Shown here: piece by piece, positions 48,428 through 58,607 of the stretch
Layout of the letters: every line of letters begins with the position of its first letter
How positions within the stretch are numbered: the stretch's first letter is position 1
Origin: an uncultured archaeon
GTDB lineage: Archaea > Asgardarchaeota > Heimdallarchaeia > Heimdallarchaeales > Kariarchaeaceae
Length of the DNA stretch: 64,000 nt
Assembly: GCA_964645535.1 (NCBI GenBank)
Contig: CAZYCQ010000010.1
Location: forward strand, 1-64,000
Direction: 5' to 3'
Notes under the pieces: model-generated
The model's database searches: none
What the model was told of the DNA's origin: nothing
The model's input: only the letters and a program-made list of their open reading frames with translations
Position numbers and translations under genes: made by a program

Positions 48428-48518
48428 GATATTCCCTCTGCTTTTGATCTTAAACGTTTACTGATCACTGATCATTCAATGAACAATTTTAATAGAGATA
48501 ACCTCATTTTTAATTTGA

Positions 48519-49214
48519 ATGGGATTTCCCTATGTCAAGGAAGCCGAATATAAATGCAGAGAATCCGGTTTTATGGTTCCTCATTCTGTGATAGATGCAA
48601 TGAACAAAATCGATCGAACCCTTTTCGTTCCTCAAAGGGAACGGGCAAGAGCAAAGAATGATTGGGCAATACCGATATTGGATGGTCAAACCACCTCTGC
48701 CCCACATATGGTCATGATGATGCTTTCTGCTGCTGAAATTAAAGAAGGGGACATTGTTCTGGAGATAGGAACTGGATCTGGATATAATACTGCCTTGCTT
48801 TCTCTTTTGGTGGGCTCAAAAGGAAAGGTGTATTCAATTGAAAGAAAGGAATTATTGATCGAATTCGCCAAAAGGAATCTTTCAAAGGTTAATCTTCCAT
48901 CCAATTATGAAATCCTCCATGGAGACGGCACCAAAGGAATAGAGGGACAGGAGTTTGACAAAATCTTGGTGACTGCTGCCGGTCCATTCATTCCTTCACC
49001 ACTCTGTTGGCAACTGAAAATTGGTGGAATCATGATCATCCCTGTTCAAAGAGGGAGTTTCCAATACCTTTTGAAGGTCAGCCGTCTGCCTGAGGGCAAA
49101 CAGGAAGAATGTATTTATTGCAATCCGGAAGATGAATACCCTCCTCTTGCGGTCAAGGAATTGACAGGAGTCCGTTTTGTTCGTTTAATTGGCGATTATG
49201 GGTTCAAAGACTAA
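48519..49214 (+). CDS. pcm: Protein-L-isoaspartate O-methyltransferase
   Basis: R..FVP, GQTTSAPHM, VLEIGTGSGY, GDG..G, FDKILVTAA, QLK.GG, VRFV.L. Confidence 0.95.
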   Translation: MGFPYVKEAEYKCRESGFMVPHSVIDAMNKIDRTLFVPQRERARAKNDWAIPILDGQTTSAPHMVMMMLSAAEIKEGDIVLEIGTGSGYNTALLSLLVGSKGKVYSIERKELLIEFAKRNLSKVNLPSNYEILHGDGTKGIEGQEFDKILVTAAGPFIPSPLCWQLKIGGIMIIPVQRGSFQYLLKVSRLPEGKQEECIYCNPEDEYPPLAVKELTGVRFVRLIGDYGFKD

Positions 49215-50388
49215 AATTCCAGGTATATTCATGATTTCCCCAACCTTGACCAACTGTGCCTCTCGAGATTATCTTGTTGCCAACTTTGCCTTTGAGGTGG
49301 GTGACTTTAAACATAAATTCATTGTAATTATGTCTTGAATGCCATATTCCTCCAAGAATACTTTTATCAAGCAAAAACTGTGCCCTTCCATGCGCATTTG
49401 CAACAAAATTGATATGATCACCAGCCTTATTCTTGGCTTGGACTGTAAATTTCGGAAACGGTTTTTCTCCAACAAATGCCCTGACACTTATTTTCTGGAA
49501 CGACGTCATCTCTCCAGTTTGATTGTCATAGAAATACCCTGTATTGAAAATGTTTTTCGTTGCAGATTCTAGGCTTTTTGGAAACCACCAGTTATTTCTT
49601 CTCAATATCTGTAGCCCAACATAGGGTCCGAAACTGGAAAAAATCGATCCATCTTCAAAAACCGTATATATCCATTTCCAGGGAAACATGGGAATATTCA
49701 TGCAGACTCTCTGGAAATATCCGACTCCTTCTAGGACTTCCTTTCCTGAAGGTGATGAAAATTCTCCCTTGAAATTAAATTTTGGCCAAGCAACGAGATG
49801 TGTTCCGCCAAATTTTGTTCTGATATCCGCCACCCTTGGTGCGTGAACAGGGTCATGTTGTTTCTCTGACCATACCACAAACTCTGCACTTCCCCGTTTT
49901 CCTTTGAAATGACCTTTGATTCCATCCGGCAGATTGGGATGGGCTTCGATCCGCGCACCAAATCCCTCTTTGGACCATGCTTCCAGTGATCCCTTAGCAT
50001 CAAGGGTTGCTAAAGCTGGTTGATGGACAATTTCTTCATGGACTTCCTTGCCGTCATTGATCCAACCGACAACAGTTGTCCAAAACTTATCAATTCCATT
50101 TACAACTTTACGCGGCAATTGAACTCCAGGTTGCCAATTGTTTTTTGCTTTACTGGGGTGAGAACTTACACGGATGCTACGACCCACTCTAGAAGCAAAT
50201 GTAAACATCATCTGTTTGGGGCCATAGCCATTTTCCTGTTTCGGAAAAAAAAGAAAGAACCACCATGATGATGAACTCCAATTTTGGAGCTCAGGTACAT
50301 GGTGCCAGATTGTCTGGAATGGGGTTAGATTTTTCAAATAAGCTGTGGACTTTTCCGGGTTCAACAAACGGGAACAAAATTTCGACAA
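49204..50388 (-). CDS. Hypothetical beta-rich protein (AttH/CrtC/tocopherol-cyclase-like barrel suspected)
   Basis: SWWFF, GVGYFQRV, PWKWIY; fold assignment tentative. Confidence 0.6.
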   Translation of the reverse strand: MSKFCSRLLNPEKSTAYLKNLTPFQTIWHHVPELQNWSSSSWWFFLFFPKQENGYGPKQMMFTFASRVGRSIRVSSHPSKAKNNWQPGVQLPRKVVNGIDKFWTTVVGWINDGKEVHEEIVHQPALATLDAKGSLEAWSKEGFGARIEAHPNLPDGIKGHFKGKRGSAEFVVWSEKQHDPVHAPRVADIRTKFGGTHLVAWPKFNFKGEFSSPSGKEVLEGVGYFQRVCMNIPMFPWKWIYTVFEDGSIFSSFGPYVGLQILRRNNWWFPKSLESATKNIFNTGYFYDNQTGEMTSFQKISVRAFVGEKPFPKFTVQAKNKAGDHINFVANAHGRAQFLLDKSILGGIWHSRHNYNEFMFKVTHLKGKVGNKIISRGTVGQGWGNHEYTWNFSL

Positions 50389-50445
50389 TTATTATCTTTT
50401 CATTGTAGCCCTCTAAGATTTGCAGTCCATGTGAAACTTGCCTTT

Positions 50446-51276
50446 TTATTCAAAAAGCTTATTGAGTAGTTTTCTGCTGTCAATTATATCAATAAGAGTT
50501 CCATCAATATCTACAAGAGGTACGACCGACAAATTATATTCATTCATAACGAACCTGATGTTTCTGATCTTGGGAGGACTTGAAAAGTAAAGATTTGGAT
50601 GATGAATAATGGAAAACAGACCTGTTCTGTAAAGGAAATCCTCATTGATATCGGAAAACTGTGTCTGCTTGAATATTTCCAAGATTACTTCTCTGACGGA
50701 AATGACCCCTTTCCATAACTTCGTATCCGGTTCAATGAGGACAAGGTACTCAAGATTCTGTGTCGACATATGACTGATGAGGTTCAACAATGATGAATCC
50801 TCAGATATCTTTAAGTGAGGAAGCGAACGATAATCAAAAATGCGTTCTTCCCCTGTAAGTATTTCTTCGTCGATTCCTGTCCATATGAAGTTATAGGAGA
50901 CCAAATCATTAGGGGTAATCAATGAATAAAGGATATCTTTTTCCATAACTGGTAGGCAGCTTTGAAGAGAAAGAAGGACTTCAACCGCATCTTTGATTGA
51001 TAGGTCTTTAGGAAATGATTCAATCTCTTTTATCTTTAAGTCTTCAATTTTTGTGTAAAGTGTTGCTGAATATGGATTCCGATGAAACTCTTCTAGAATT
51101 GCCATTCCGTCGATTATTCCGAGAAATTCGGATCCATGAATTACAGGTATTACAAAAGTGTCAAAATCTTTCATTAACGTGATTGCATTATCTACTGTCC
51201 CATCCAGGCCTATTGTCAACACATGCTTTGCACCGAGGCTTTCGAGGGTGAGATCCTTTAGTAGGGTGCTTGTCAT
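50446..51276 (-). CDS. CBS-domain protein (four CBS repeats)
   Basis: AITLM...IPV....FLGII, DAVEVL...LPV....ITPNDL, KGVISVRE, VPLVD.DG.L.DII. Confidence 0.85.
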   Translation of the reverse strand: MTSTLLKDLTLESLGAKHVLTIGLDGTVDNAITLMKDFDTFVIPVIHGSEFLGIIDGMAILEEFHRNPYSATLYTKIEDLKIKEIESFPKDLSIKDAVEVLLSLQSCLPVMEKDILYSLITPNDLVSYNFIWTGIDEEILTGEERIFDYRSLPHLKISEDSSLLNLISHMSTQNLEYLVLIEPDTKLWKGVISVREVILEIFKQTQFSDINEDFLYRTGLFSIIHHPNLYFSSPPKIRNIRFVMNEYNLSVVPLVDIDGTLIDIIDSRKLLNKLFE

Positions 51277-51475
51277 GTGAAACCTAATCTATTAGCTTGA
51301 GACTTTATTTATACTTTTTTACAGAAAGAGAGACCAAATTTTAAATCAAATCACAATTCATCATGCACCCAATCAAGAAAAGAGGAAAATAAATCCTCAA
51401 TTGGAATATAATATTGCAGATCAATTTATGGCTGACCAAAATTCAGATAAAATAGAATTCTCAAATTAATTTATC

Positions 51476-53164
51476 ATGACTGAGAGTTCCAATCTAATTC
51501 GGGAACTCAAGCAAAATGCCAACGAATTCATTGAATTCGTCAAATCGGATCGCTTTAAGTCAAATTTGACTCCAAGGAAAATCATGTTGTCAAATAAACT
51601 CGATGCTCTTTCAAAAAGCCTTACCAAATTTGAAATGGATGAAACCGTCTCAAATACCGAAAGAATGGAAATCCTCAATGATATACAAAATTTACTTACA
51701 CAGGCAAAGAATTGCTTGAACATACAAAAACAACAGCTTGCCTATTTAGAAACAGAAAACCTTATTCAGTTCCTTAACCTAAGAAGAGCTTCCCTCTTTT
51801 TCTTTAATGAGAAACACAAAGTAATTTCCAGCGCTTCAATGCTTGCGGAGATTCTTATTGGATCCAAAATCAAGAAATTTGAGCTACCATCTCCAGATAG
51901 CTCGGATTTCAGAAGAATCGTAGCAATTTCATTGAACATCCTCATGAATACAGCAGGAATCTATGAAATGGCTATCGATAATCTTCAACTTGTCGATATG
52001 GGTTCTTTTGTTTCATGGTCAAAAATAGTTCTTGATGCATACCATGAACAATTGAAAATATGGGAAATTACCAGGGATGACGAAGTCGCAGAATTATATA
52101 GGAAGGGAAATGCCCTTGCAACTTACTTGCAAAATGAAATCATCAAAGCTTTCAGTCTTGAAGGCTTGGGATACATGATTTATCTTTTGGAAATCCTTAG
52201 GAAGTACATTCCAAATTCCATTTTTGACCATCCATTGCTCATGGAACATGAAATCCAGTCATACAAAGACTACTTGGATTTTGTTCTCAAGGAATCAATT
52301 GCATTGAGGGAACGAGTCGACCATTATGTTCTCAAATATTCTTCAATAAGAGTTGAGGATCTTCCTACTCTTGATAACCTTGATTTGGTTATTAATTTGA
52401 ATGACCTAAGGAAAAAAACCTACCATGCACTTTCAATCAGCACTGAAGAATTGTCAATTTTAATCTTGGATTGGTACAAACTTCTCAATAAAATCAGGGG
52501 AAAAAACGAAATAACTTCAGATTGGATCCAATCAGATACAGGTGAAACGTATTTGGCGGTTTTTATGGAATTTGTCCATCTTTTGGCCATAGAAGGTCAA
52601 GCCGAACCTCTTCTTGTTTTTCAAGAAAGGTGGAATGGCTTTTCGGAATTGTTTGACATTATTCCCATTTCCGATTATCCATCCTTTGTCCAGTATATCA
52701 CACTTATCGAAATGTATGTTCGTTTTTCCCATAACGATTATTCACACATTGAAAGACATTTCCAAACCATATGGAGATTGAGAAACGAAGTAGAGCTTAA
52801 CCTGACTCTCTTTGTGGAAAATAACATCCTGCAAGCCCTTCTGGGTTATTATTCAGATATGATGTCTACTTCACAAATAGAAGAGCTATTGAATGACCTA
52901 TTGAAATTAGTGGATGAAGTTATGCCTTGGGAAAAATACAAGAATGAATTGAGGGAATATGTTGAAAACGTGTTTAAAGCCATAAAAGGGGAGGAACATG
53001 ATTTCAATAGAATCATCGCCAAAAGATTCCAAATAGACGATTTAGATCCGGTAACTTGGTTATTGCCTGATTTTTCAGGTCTAGCCTCAGCGACGAACAA
53101 AACCGCTATTCCGTTCCTTCCATTCAACAGGAAGCGAGATAAATTCTATATGTCCCCAACATAA
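51476..53164 (+). CDS. Hypothetical all-helical protein
   Basis: 562-aa ORF, no recognisable motif. Confidence 0.8.
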   Translation: MTESSNLIRELKQNANEFIEFVKSDRFKSNLTPRKIMLSNKLDALSKSLTKFEMDETVSNTERMEILNDIQNLLTQAKNCLNIQKQQLAYLETENLIQFLNLRRASLFFFNEKHKVISSASMLAEILIGSKIKKFELPSPDSSDFRRIVAISLNILMNTAGIYEMAIDNLQLVDMGSFVSWSKIVLDAYHEQLKIWEITRDDEVAELYRKGNALATYLQNEIIKAFSLEGLGYMIYLLEILRKYIPNSIFDHPLLMEHEIQSYKDYLDFVLKESIALRERVDHYVLKYSSIRVEDLPTLDNLDLVINLNDLRKKTYHALSISTEELSILILDWYKLLNKIRGKNEITSDWIQSDTGETYLAVFMEFVHLLAIEGQAEPLLVFQERWNGFSELFDIIPISDYPSFVQYITLIEMYVRFSHNDYSHIERHFQTIWRLRNEVELNLTLFVENNILQALLGYYSDMMSTSQIEELLNDLLKLVDEVMPWEKYKNELREYVENVFKAIKGEEHDFNRIIAKRFQIDDLDPVTWLLPDFSGLASATNKTAIPFLPFNRKRDKFYMSPT

Positions 53165-53201
53165 GACAATCAAGATACTCAACCCACCAGATTCAAAAAG
53201 C

Positions 53202-53969
53202 TCATTGGTTTTGTATTGGATTGAGATTTCGAATAAATTTATCTGGTTCCTTGGTTTGCGAGATGGAGGTTCCAACTAAGATTCCACTTAAGTTCGATTT
53301 GTATGCATTGATAACCCCCTTTCTTTCAGAATATCCTGAAAATCCAAGTAATATTTTTTCAGTCTCTATCTTGTTTGCCAATCGTTCGGCATGATTTACT
53401 TTCAATTCAAATGTTGTCAAGTTTCTATTGTTAATTCCTATGATTTCTGCATCTAATTCAATAGCTTCCCTAAGTTCTTGTATTGTATGAACTTCGACAA
53501 CAGGAACAAGCCCCTTTCTGTGACATTCCTTAATCAAATCATCCAAAACATTGTCACGAAGGAAATTTTTGATAAGAAGAATGCCACATCCTTTTGGTGC
53601 CACACTTAACTGTACTGGGTCAACTATAAAATCCTTCATCAGAAGAGGAATTCCAAGATTGGAGGCATAACTCAGATAATTGATTGATCCACCAAAAAAA
53701 TTGGGCTCAACCAAAATGGATAAGGCATCTGCTTCAGAGGCCATCAGTTTCAAACGTTTCTCTGCGTCTTCAGGATGAAAAAATGGGAATTGGGCATTTG
53801 GAGCTTTTACTTTAAGCTCTGCAATGATTGAGAAAGGTTTGGAACGAATGGCTTCATAGAGATTGGGGACATTCGCTAAAATTCTCGATGAATAGTATCC
53901 TTCCTCAATCAAATCTTGAGAGTTTTGAAAGAACCTCTCAAGACCTACCAATTTTTTCGATAATGGCAT
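53202..53969 (-). CDS. trpC: Indole-3-glycerol phosphate synthase
   Basis: IIAELK, LSILVEP.FFGGS, PLLMKDFIVD..Q, VEVH, GINNRNL, LVG.S. Confidence 0.92.
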   Translation of the reverse strand: MPLSKKLVGLERFFQNSQDLIEEGYYSSRILANVPNLYEAIRSKPFSIIAELKVKAPNAQFPFFHPEDAEKRLKLMASEADALSILVEPNFFGGSINYLSYASNLGIPLLMKDFIVDPVQLSVAPKGCGILLIKNFLRDNVLDDLIKECHRKGLVPVVEVHTIQELREAIELDAEIIGINNRNLTTFELKVNHAERLANKIETEKILLGFSGYSERKGVINAYKSNLSGILVGTSISQTKEPDKFIRNLNPIQNQ

Positions 53970-55026
53970 TGAACTTCTCCTCATATCCTCCGGATAACTT
54001 AACGAATTGCTCCAGGATATCAATGGCTCTTGTCGAATCTAATGCGTCTTCAACCATGACGGCTCCTTCTTTTAGATCCTCGACCATACCAGCCACTTTT
54101 AGCGCCATGGATCCGTTTACAATGACAAAATCCCTCTTTTCTGTAGGTTGGCCAAGTAAAATTTTGATGCATTCTTCAGCTGCTTTCTCTGCTTCAATGT
54201 TCTTGATGGAATTGGGATTCCCTTCTTTTAACCCAAAATCTCTTGCTGATACAGTATATGTTGATATTCTATCCTCATTCAATTCCGTAACCAATGTAGT
54301 TCCCACATTAGTTATCTCATCAGCACCAAGATTGCTATGAACTAGGCTTACCCGCTTATAGCCCCTTTCTCTCAGGGATTCCGCAATTGGTTTCAATAAC
54401 TTAGGATCATATACACCAGTAAGCTGTCGATCAACACCACATGGGTTTGTCAAAGGACCCAGAAGGTTGAAAATCGTTCGAAATCCCAATTCCTTTCTCA
54501 CAGGAACAACCTGTTTCATTGCAGGATGAAATTTGGGTGCGAACATAAAGGTGACCCCAATTTGATTGAGGCATTTCTCTGAAGTCTGAGGATCCATTGC
54601 AATGTTTATCCCCAAAGCTTCCAATAGATCTGCTGAACCTGATTTGCTTGTTGAACTTCTATTTCCATGTTTAGCAACAGAAACCCCTAGACTCGGCATG
54701 AGAAGGGAAGTTGTAGTTGAAACATTGAAGGTTTTGAACGAGGCACCTCCTGTCCCTACGATATCAATCAATGGATTCTTGCCAGAATAATGTATCCTGT
54801 TTGCTTTGTCAAGCATTGCCTGTGAAAATCCCGCAATTTCCTCAGGAGATTCACCTTTCAATCTCAAAGATGATAGAATTGATGAAATTTGGACAGGCGA
54901 TAATCTTCCATCCATGATGGACGCCATGAGGGAATATGCTTCCATATAGGAAAGATCCATTTTTGCAAATAGCTTTGAAGAACAATGATGAAATTCATCG
55001 TCGACTTTCGCTAACTTCTGTATCAT
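53938..55026 (-). CDS. trpD: Anthranilate phosphoribosyltransferase
   Basis: KGE...EI.G, DIVGTGG, TFNVST, VAKHGNR, GSADLLEALG, RTIFNLLGPL.NP, DE. Confidence 0.97.
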   Translation of the reverse strand: MIQKLAKVDDEFHHCSSKLFAKMDLSYMEAYSLMASIMDGRLSPVQISSILSSLRLKGESPEEIAGFSQAMLDKANRIHYSGKNPLIDIVGTGGASFKTFNVSTTTSLLMPSLGVSVAKHGNRSSTSKSGSADLLEALGINIAMDPQTSEKCLNQIGVTFMFAPKFHPAMKQVVPVRKELGFRTIFNLLGPLTNPCGVDRQLTGVYDPKLLKPIAESLRERGYKRVSLVHSNLGADEITNVGTTLVTELNEDRISTYTVSARDFGLKEGNPNSIKNIEAEKAAEECIKILLGQPTEKRDFVIVNGSMALKVAGMVEDLKEGAVMVEDALDSTRAIDILEQFVKLSGGYEEKFNAIIEKIGRS

Positions 55027-55177
55027 ATCTCAATTGTTTTCTTGATCAACTTAACCAATGGTGGTAAGATTGGTGGCTCTTATCAGCAAAATCCGCAAAA
55101 ATGTCCAATATTCCCCGAAAATTCCTCCATATTACGAAAGACTAATTTTTTAATCCCTTGGAAAAGTTTCTAGAATA

Positions 55178-56419
55178 TTGCCATTTTCTAGCAATCACAA
55201 TATTGGCAATTCGATGTTTCGGATTGGTGGTGTAAGCTTTATCAGTGGCATAATCAAAATCATGTTTCCACTGTTCATTGGATTAAAGTATGGATCTGTG
55301 ATTTTGGGGCAATATTCTTTTCTTTACCATTCTGTTCTCGTTTCTGCAATCCCTATCGAATCGGGATTGGGTTTTGCAATTCTCCGATATGCAAAAGAGA
55401 TGGATCAAAGAGCGGTCTACTCGATTTCAGTTCTGTTACTAGGGGTCTATATTGTGGTCATTGGTGTTCCCATTGCCTTTTTCCTTCCAGTTCCGGTAAG
55501 CTACTTTATCATGGGTTTTATCTTTTATTCCCTTCAAGTTGTCAATCGATATGCTCTATGGGGATCTCGGAAGTATAATCAAGCATTGATCTTTGAATTC
55601 ATATCCCTCCTTTTCGTATTAGTACTTCTTACCTTTTTGGATCAGGTTACGGATGGCTATCAATTGATGATTGCTCCCATTGCTTATGGATGCGTTCATT
55701 TTTGCCTTTCCTTGCGATTTTCCATACAAAATTTTTCGATCTCAGCTACATGCCGTAACTCAATGAAAAAGATTTTCCGGTTTTCAACCTTCCTCTTGAT
55801 TGCGAATGGGTTGGGTTTCGGTGTCATGTATCTTCAATATCCGATGATTTCTGTCCTGTTCAATTTTTCAATAGCTGGTACATTGACCTTTCTTAACCTG
55901 ATTTTTTCACCTTTACAGCTGGTATCTTATCCGCTTGTTGTTTTCTTTCTTTCAGGATCTGCTGAGGAACATTCGATTTTGAACACAATTATTGGACGGC
56001 TTGATCTGATCACTCTTATCTCAGTGTTTCTTTATTTTTTTGCAAAATCTGATATCTTGCTAATCTTAACCGCTGTTGATACCGTACAGGAATTTCTTGA
56101 CATCCAGATATTCAGCATCCTTCTTTTTGCCAATCTCATAATGATTTCGAATTCCATTAAGTCGATACATTTCATGAAAGATGAAAAGCTTGAGTCTGTT
56201 ATTCCCATCTCTTCCGTTTTTGGTTTCTTTTTGACCATTTGTTGTTGGTTCATCATCCCGTTTGTTTCCAATCCCTATCTAATTCCGTTTGGTTTTCTCT
56301 TGAATTTGGTGACAATCAATTTGATATTTACCTTTTCAAGGGGTAAGACACATCATCAACAATGGGTTAGTTGGTTAATGAACGTTCTTACCTTGATTTT
56401 AGGTCTTACCTTCATTTGA
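55178..56419 (+). CDS. Wzx/MOP-family polysaccharide flippase-like membrane protein
   Basis: About 12 TM; YG...LGQYS, GLGFAILRY, KKIFRFS. Confidence 0.65.
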   Translation: MPFSSNHNIGNSMFRIGGVSFISGIIKIMFPLFIGLKYGSVILGQYSFLYHSVLVSAIPIESGLGFAILRYAKEMDQRAVYSISVLLLGVYIVVIGVPIAFFLPVPVSYFIMGFIFYSLQVVNRYALWGSRKYNQALIFEFISLLFVLVLLTFLDQVTDGYQLMIAPIAYGCVHFCLSLRFSIQNFSISATCRNSMKKIFRFSTFLLIANGLGFGVMYLQYPMISVLFNFSIAGTLTFLNLIFSPLQLVSYPLVVFFLSGSAEEHSILNTIIGRLDLITLISVFLYFFAKSDILLILTAVDTVQEFLDIQIFSILLFANLIMISNSIKSIHFMKDEKLESVIPISSVFGFFLTICCWFIIPFVSNPYLIPFGFLLNLVTINLIFTFSRGKTHHQQWVSWLMNVLTLILGLTFI

Positions 56420-56478
56420 TGGATTCATCCTGTTCAAAGCAAGAGAATAAAAAGCCAGTTTCTTTTATCTGAATTGGA

Positions 56479-57345
56479 TTGCGAATTATTGAATTCTCCA
56501 ATGCCACAACAATTCCCTCACTGAATTTGGCGCTAGATCATGCTTTGTTCCTAAGCCATAAATCTCCTGATGAATTATGGATACGCTATTGGATCAACCA
56601 AAAAAGTGTGATTCTCGGAAAAGGGCAGCTACTTGCTGAAGAAGTTGATACAACTGTCTGTAAAGAGAAGAAAGTTGGAATCTACCGCAGAATTTCAGGT
56701 GGGGGTGCGGTTTACCATGATCTTGGCAATCTCAACGTCAGCATGATTTTCAATGTTGGTCTTTTAAAGACAAAATCGATCCCGTCCACCATTGCATTGA
56801 TCATGCAAAAGGTTCTTTCCTCTTTCGAGGAAATGTTTCCGAGTTACCGGTTTGATGTAAAAGGAACAAGCATATTCATGGGAGATCGTAAAATTTCAGG
56901 AAGCGCCTCCTACAAAAAAGGAACCAAAATCCTTTTTCATTTCACAATTCTCGTCAATGCAGACCTCGCAACTCTTAACGAAGTCCTTATTTCTAGGGAA
57001 CCAAATCCCAAATCATCAAGGAAAAGTCGATATGCTCCAACTGTAAATTTGAAAATGTTTGATCTGAATACTTGGAGATTACATTTTCTTGAAAAGATAT
57101 TGGGATTTGTCCCTTCACCTCCTTCTTTGTCTTGGAATAAGGAAAACGGTGATATCCATATTCCAGTTGAGGAAAATGGAAATGTCTTGTCCATAATCCC
57201 AGACAAAACGACAGAAAGGCTTGCCCATTTTTTGGATCACTATCTCTATAAGAATCAAGAATGGATCCAAGAGGGTAGATGGGCAAAAATCTATAATGCG
57301 GTCATGAGGAAAGCAGATCCTGAACTGGGATATAACCCATTCTGA
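56479..57345 (+). CDS. lplA: Lipoate-protein ligase A catalytic domain
   Basis: NLALD, VILGK.Q, RRISGGGAVYHDLGNLN, RKISGSA. Confidence 0.92.
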   Translation: MRIIEFSNATTIPSLNLALDHALFLSHKSPDELWIRYWINQKSVILGKGQLLAEEVDTTVCKEKKVGIYRRISGGGAVYHDLGNLNVSMIFNVGLLKTKSIPSTIALIMQKVLSSFEEMFPSYRFDVKGTSIFMGDRKISGSASYKKGTKILFHFTILVNADLATLNEVLISREPNPKSSRKSRYAPTVNLKMFDLNTWRLHFLEKILGFVPSPPSLSWNKENGDIHIPVEENGNVLSIIPDKTTERLAHFLDHYLYKNQEWIQEGRWAKIYNAVMRKADPELGYNPF

Positions 57346-58210
57346 TAGCTGCAAAGAATGCAATTGTCCAGAAAATGTTTTTCAATGTCTTTGATTGAAC
57401 CTTTTTAGCGTGGGTTGAGCCTAGTCTTGCTCCAATGACTGATCCAATTGCCAACGGAAGGCCATAAGAAAGAATATTGAGAATATCCCCATCGTATAGA
57501 CTCAATCGTGTAATCAAGACAAAAGCCACAACAAACATGATCATGAAAGATGAGGTTGCAGCAGCAATATGAAAGGGCAGTCCAGATATTGAGCTTAATG
57601 TAGGCACGTATATGATCCCCCCTCCGACACCCAAAAGACCTGCAAGCATACCTCCAAAGAAAATTGCAATCGCTCCAATCCCCAATCTGACCTCATACTC
57701 TATGACATCGCCATCGGAATCCTTGAATTTTCTGACATCGCGTATGATTCTCTTTGCAAATGATGTATCTGGATCTGTTGGTTCTATGACTTTTTCTTCA
57801 CTTTGTTCTGGTTGTTTTCTATTGTTTCTGTAAAGATTAAACAAGGCAGTGAACCCAATCAGAAAAGCAAACATAAGCTTAATCAAATCACTGTCCGTGA
57901 TCACTCTCTGAGCCAAATAGCCTCCGAGAATACCTCCGGGAATAGCTACTGCTGCAAATATCAAGCCAGATCTCACGTCCAAACGTTTTTTCCTGAAGTA
58001 ATTTAGCGATGCGCTTGATGATGTAAGGAAAACGGAGATTGAAGACATTAATGTTGCATCGGAAGATGAGCCGACTCCAAAAACAAAGATGAGAAGAGGC
58101 ACATTCACCAATCCCCCTCCAATTCCTATCATTGGAGCAACAGTTCCTATAAACAGACCTGCAATTATCAGAAGGACAATCGTCAGAATATCCATGTCCT
58201 GTGGAATCAT
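57302..58210 (-). CDS. TauE/SafE (DUF81) sulfite-exporter family protein
   Basis: GIGGG..NVP and GLLGVGGG...VP, A.ATS, G..IGA.LG. Confidence 0.92.
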   Translation of the reverse strand: MIPQDMDILTIVLLIIAGLFIGTVAPMIGIGGGLVNVPLLIFVFGVGSSSDATLMSSISVFLTSSSASLNYFRKKRLDVRSGLIFAAVAIPGGILGGYLAQRVITDSDLIKLMFAFLIGFTALFNLYRNNRKQPEQSEEKVIEPTDPDTSFAKRIIRDVRKFKDSDGDVIEYEVRLGIGAIAIFFGGMLAGLLGVGGGIIYVPTLSSISGLPFHIAAATSSFMIMFVVAFVLITRLSLYDGDILNILSYGLPLAIGSVIGARLGSTHAKKVQSKTLKNIFWTIAFFAAIRMGYIPVQDLLSS

Positions 58211-58337
58211 TTCCCTCTTTTATCTGTTGAGAAAATCCTCAATACACTTTGACAGCTTAAACTGTTTTTTGTCAAGAGGAATGATTAATCTATTTGAGCC
58301 GCAATATTCTTAAATTCATAATGTGTGATTCTTGCAT

Positions 58338-58607
58338 ATGGACAATGAGGCAGAAATTGATGCATATGAAGAAGGTGAACGTGTAATTGTTGAGGTTGAG
58401 TTCAAGGGAATCACATATACTGAGGAATTCAAAAAGGAAGGATCCATTGAGGATATTCGCGTTTCCGTTGCAGGCTTGATCGAGGAAATTCATAACGACA
58501 ACAACATTCCTCCTTCAAAACGTGAGAAAATTGAAAATTCAATTTTCAAATACCTTCACTCAAAGAGATACATAACCGATGATGATATCTTGGCTTTGAT
58601 TTCCTAA
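58338..58607 (+). CDS. Small acidic hypothetical protein
   Basis: ORF filling an intergenic gap, TTAAAT box upstream. Confidence 0.65.
   Translation: MDNEAEIDAYEEGERVIVEVEFKGITYTEEFKKEGSIEDIRVSVAGLIEEIHNDNNIPPSKREKIENSIFKYLHSKRYITDDDILALIS

Noticed and set aside
55027-55177. Trp attenuator leader upstream of trpD
   Set aside because: The ATG mini-ORF (MEEFSGNIGHFCGFC) has no Trp; the other frame has no tandem Trp or clear start; only a 5-bp hairpin
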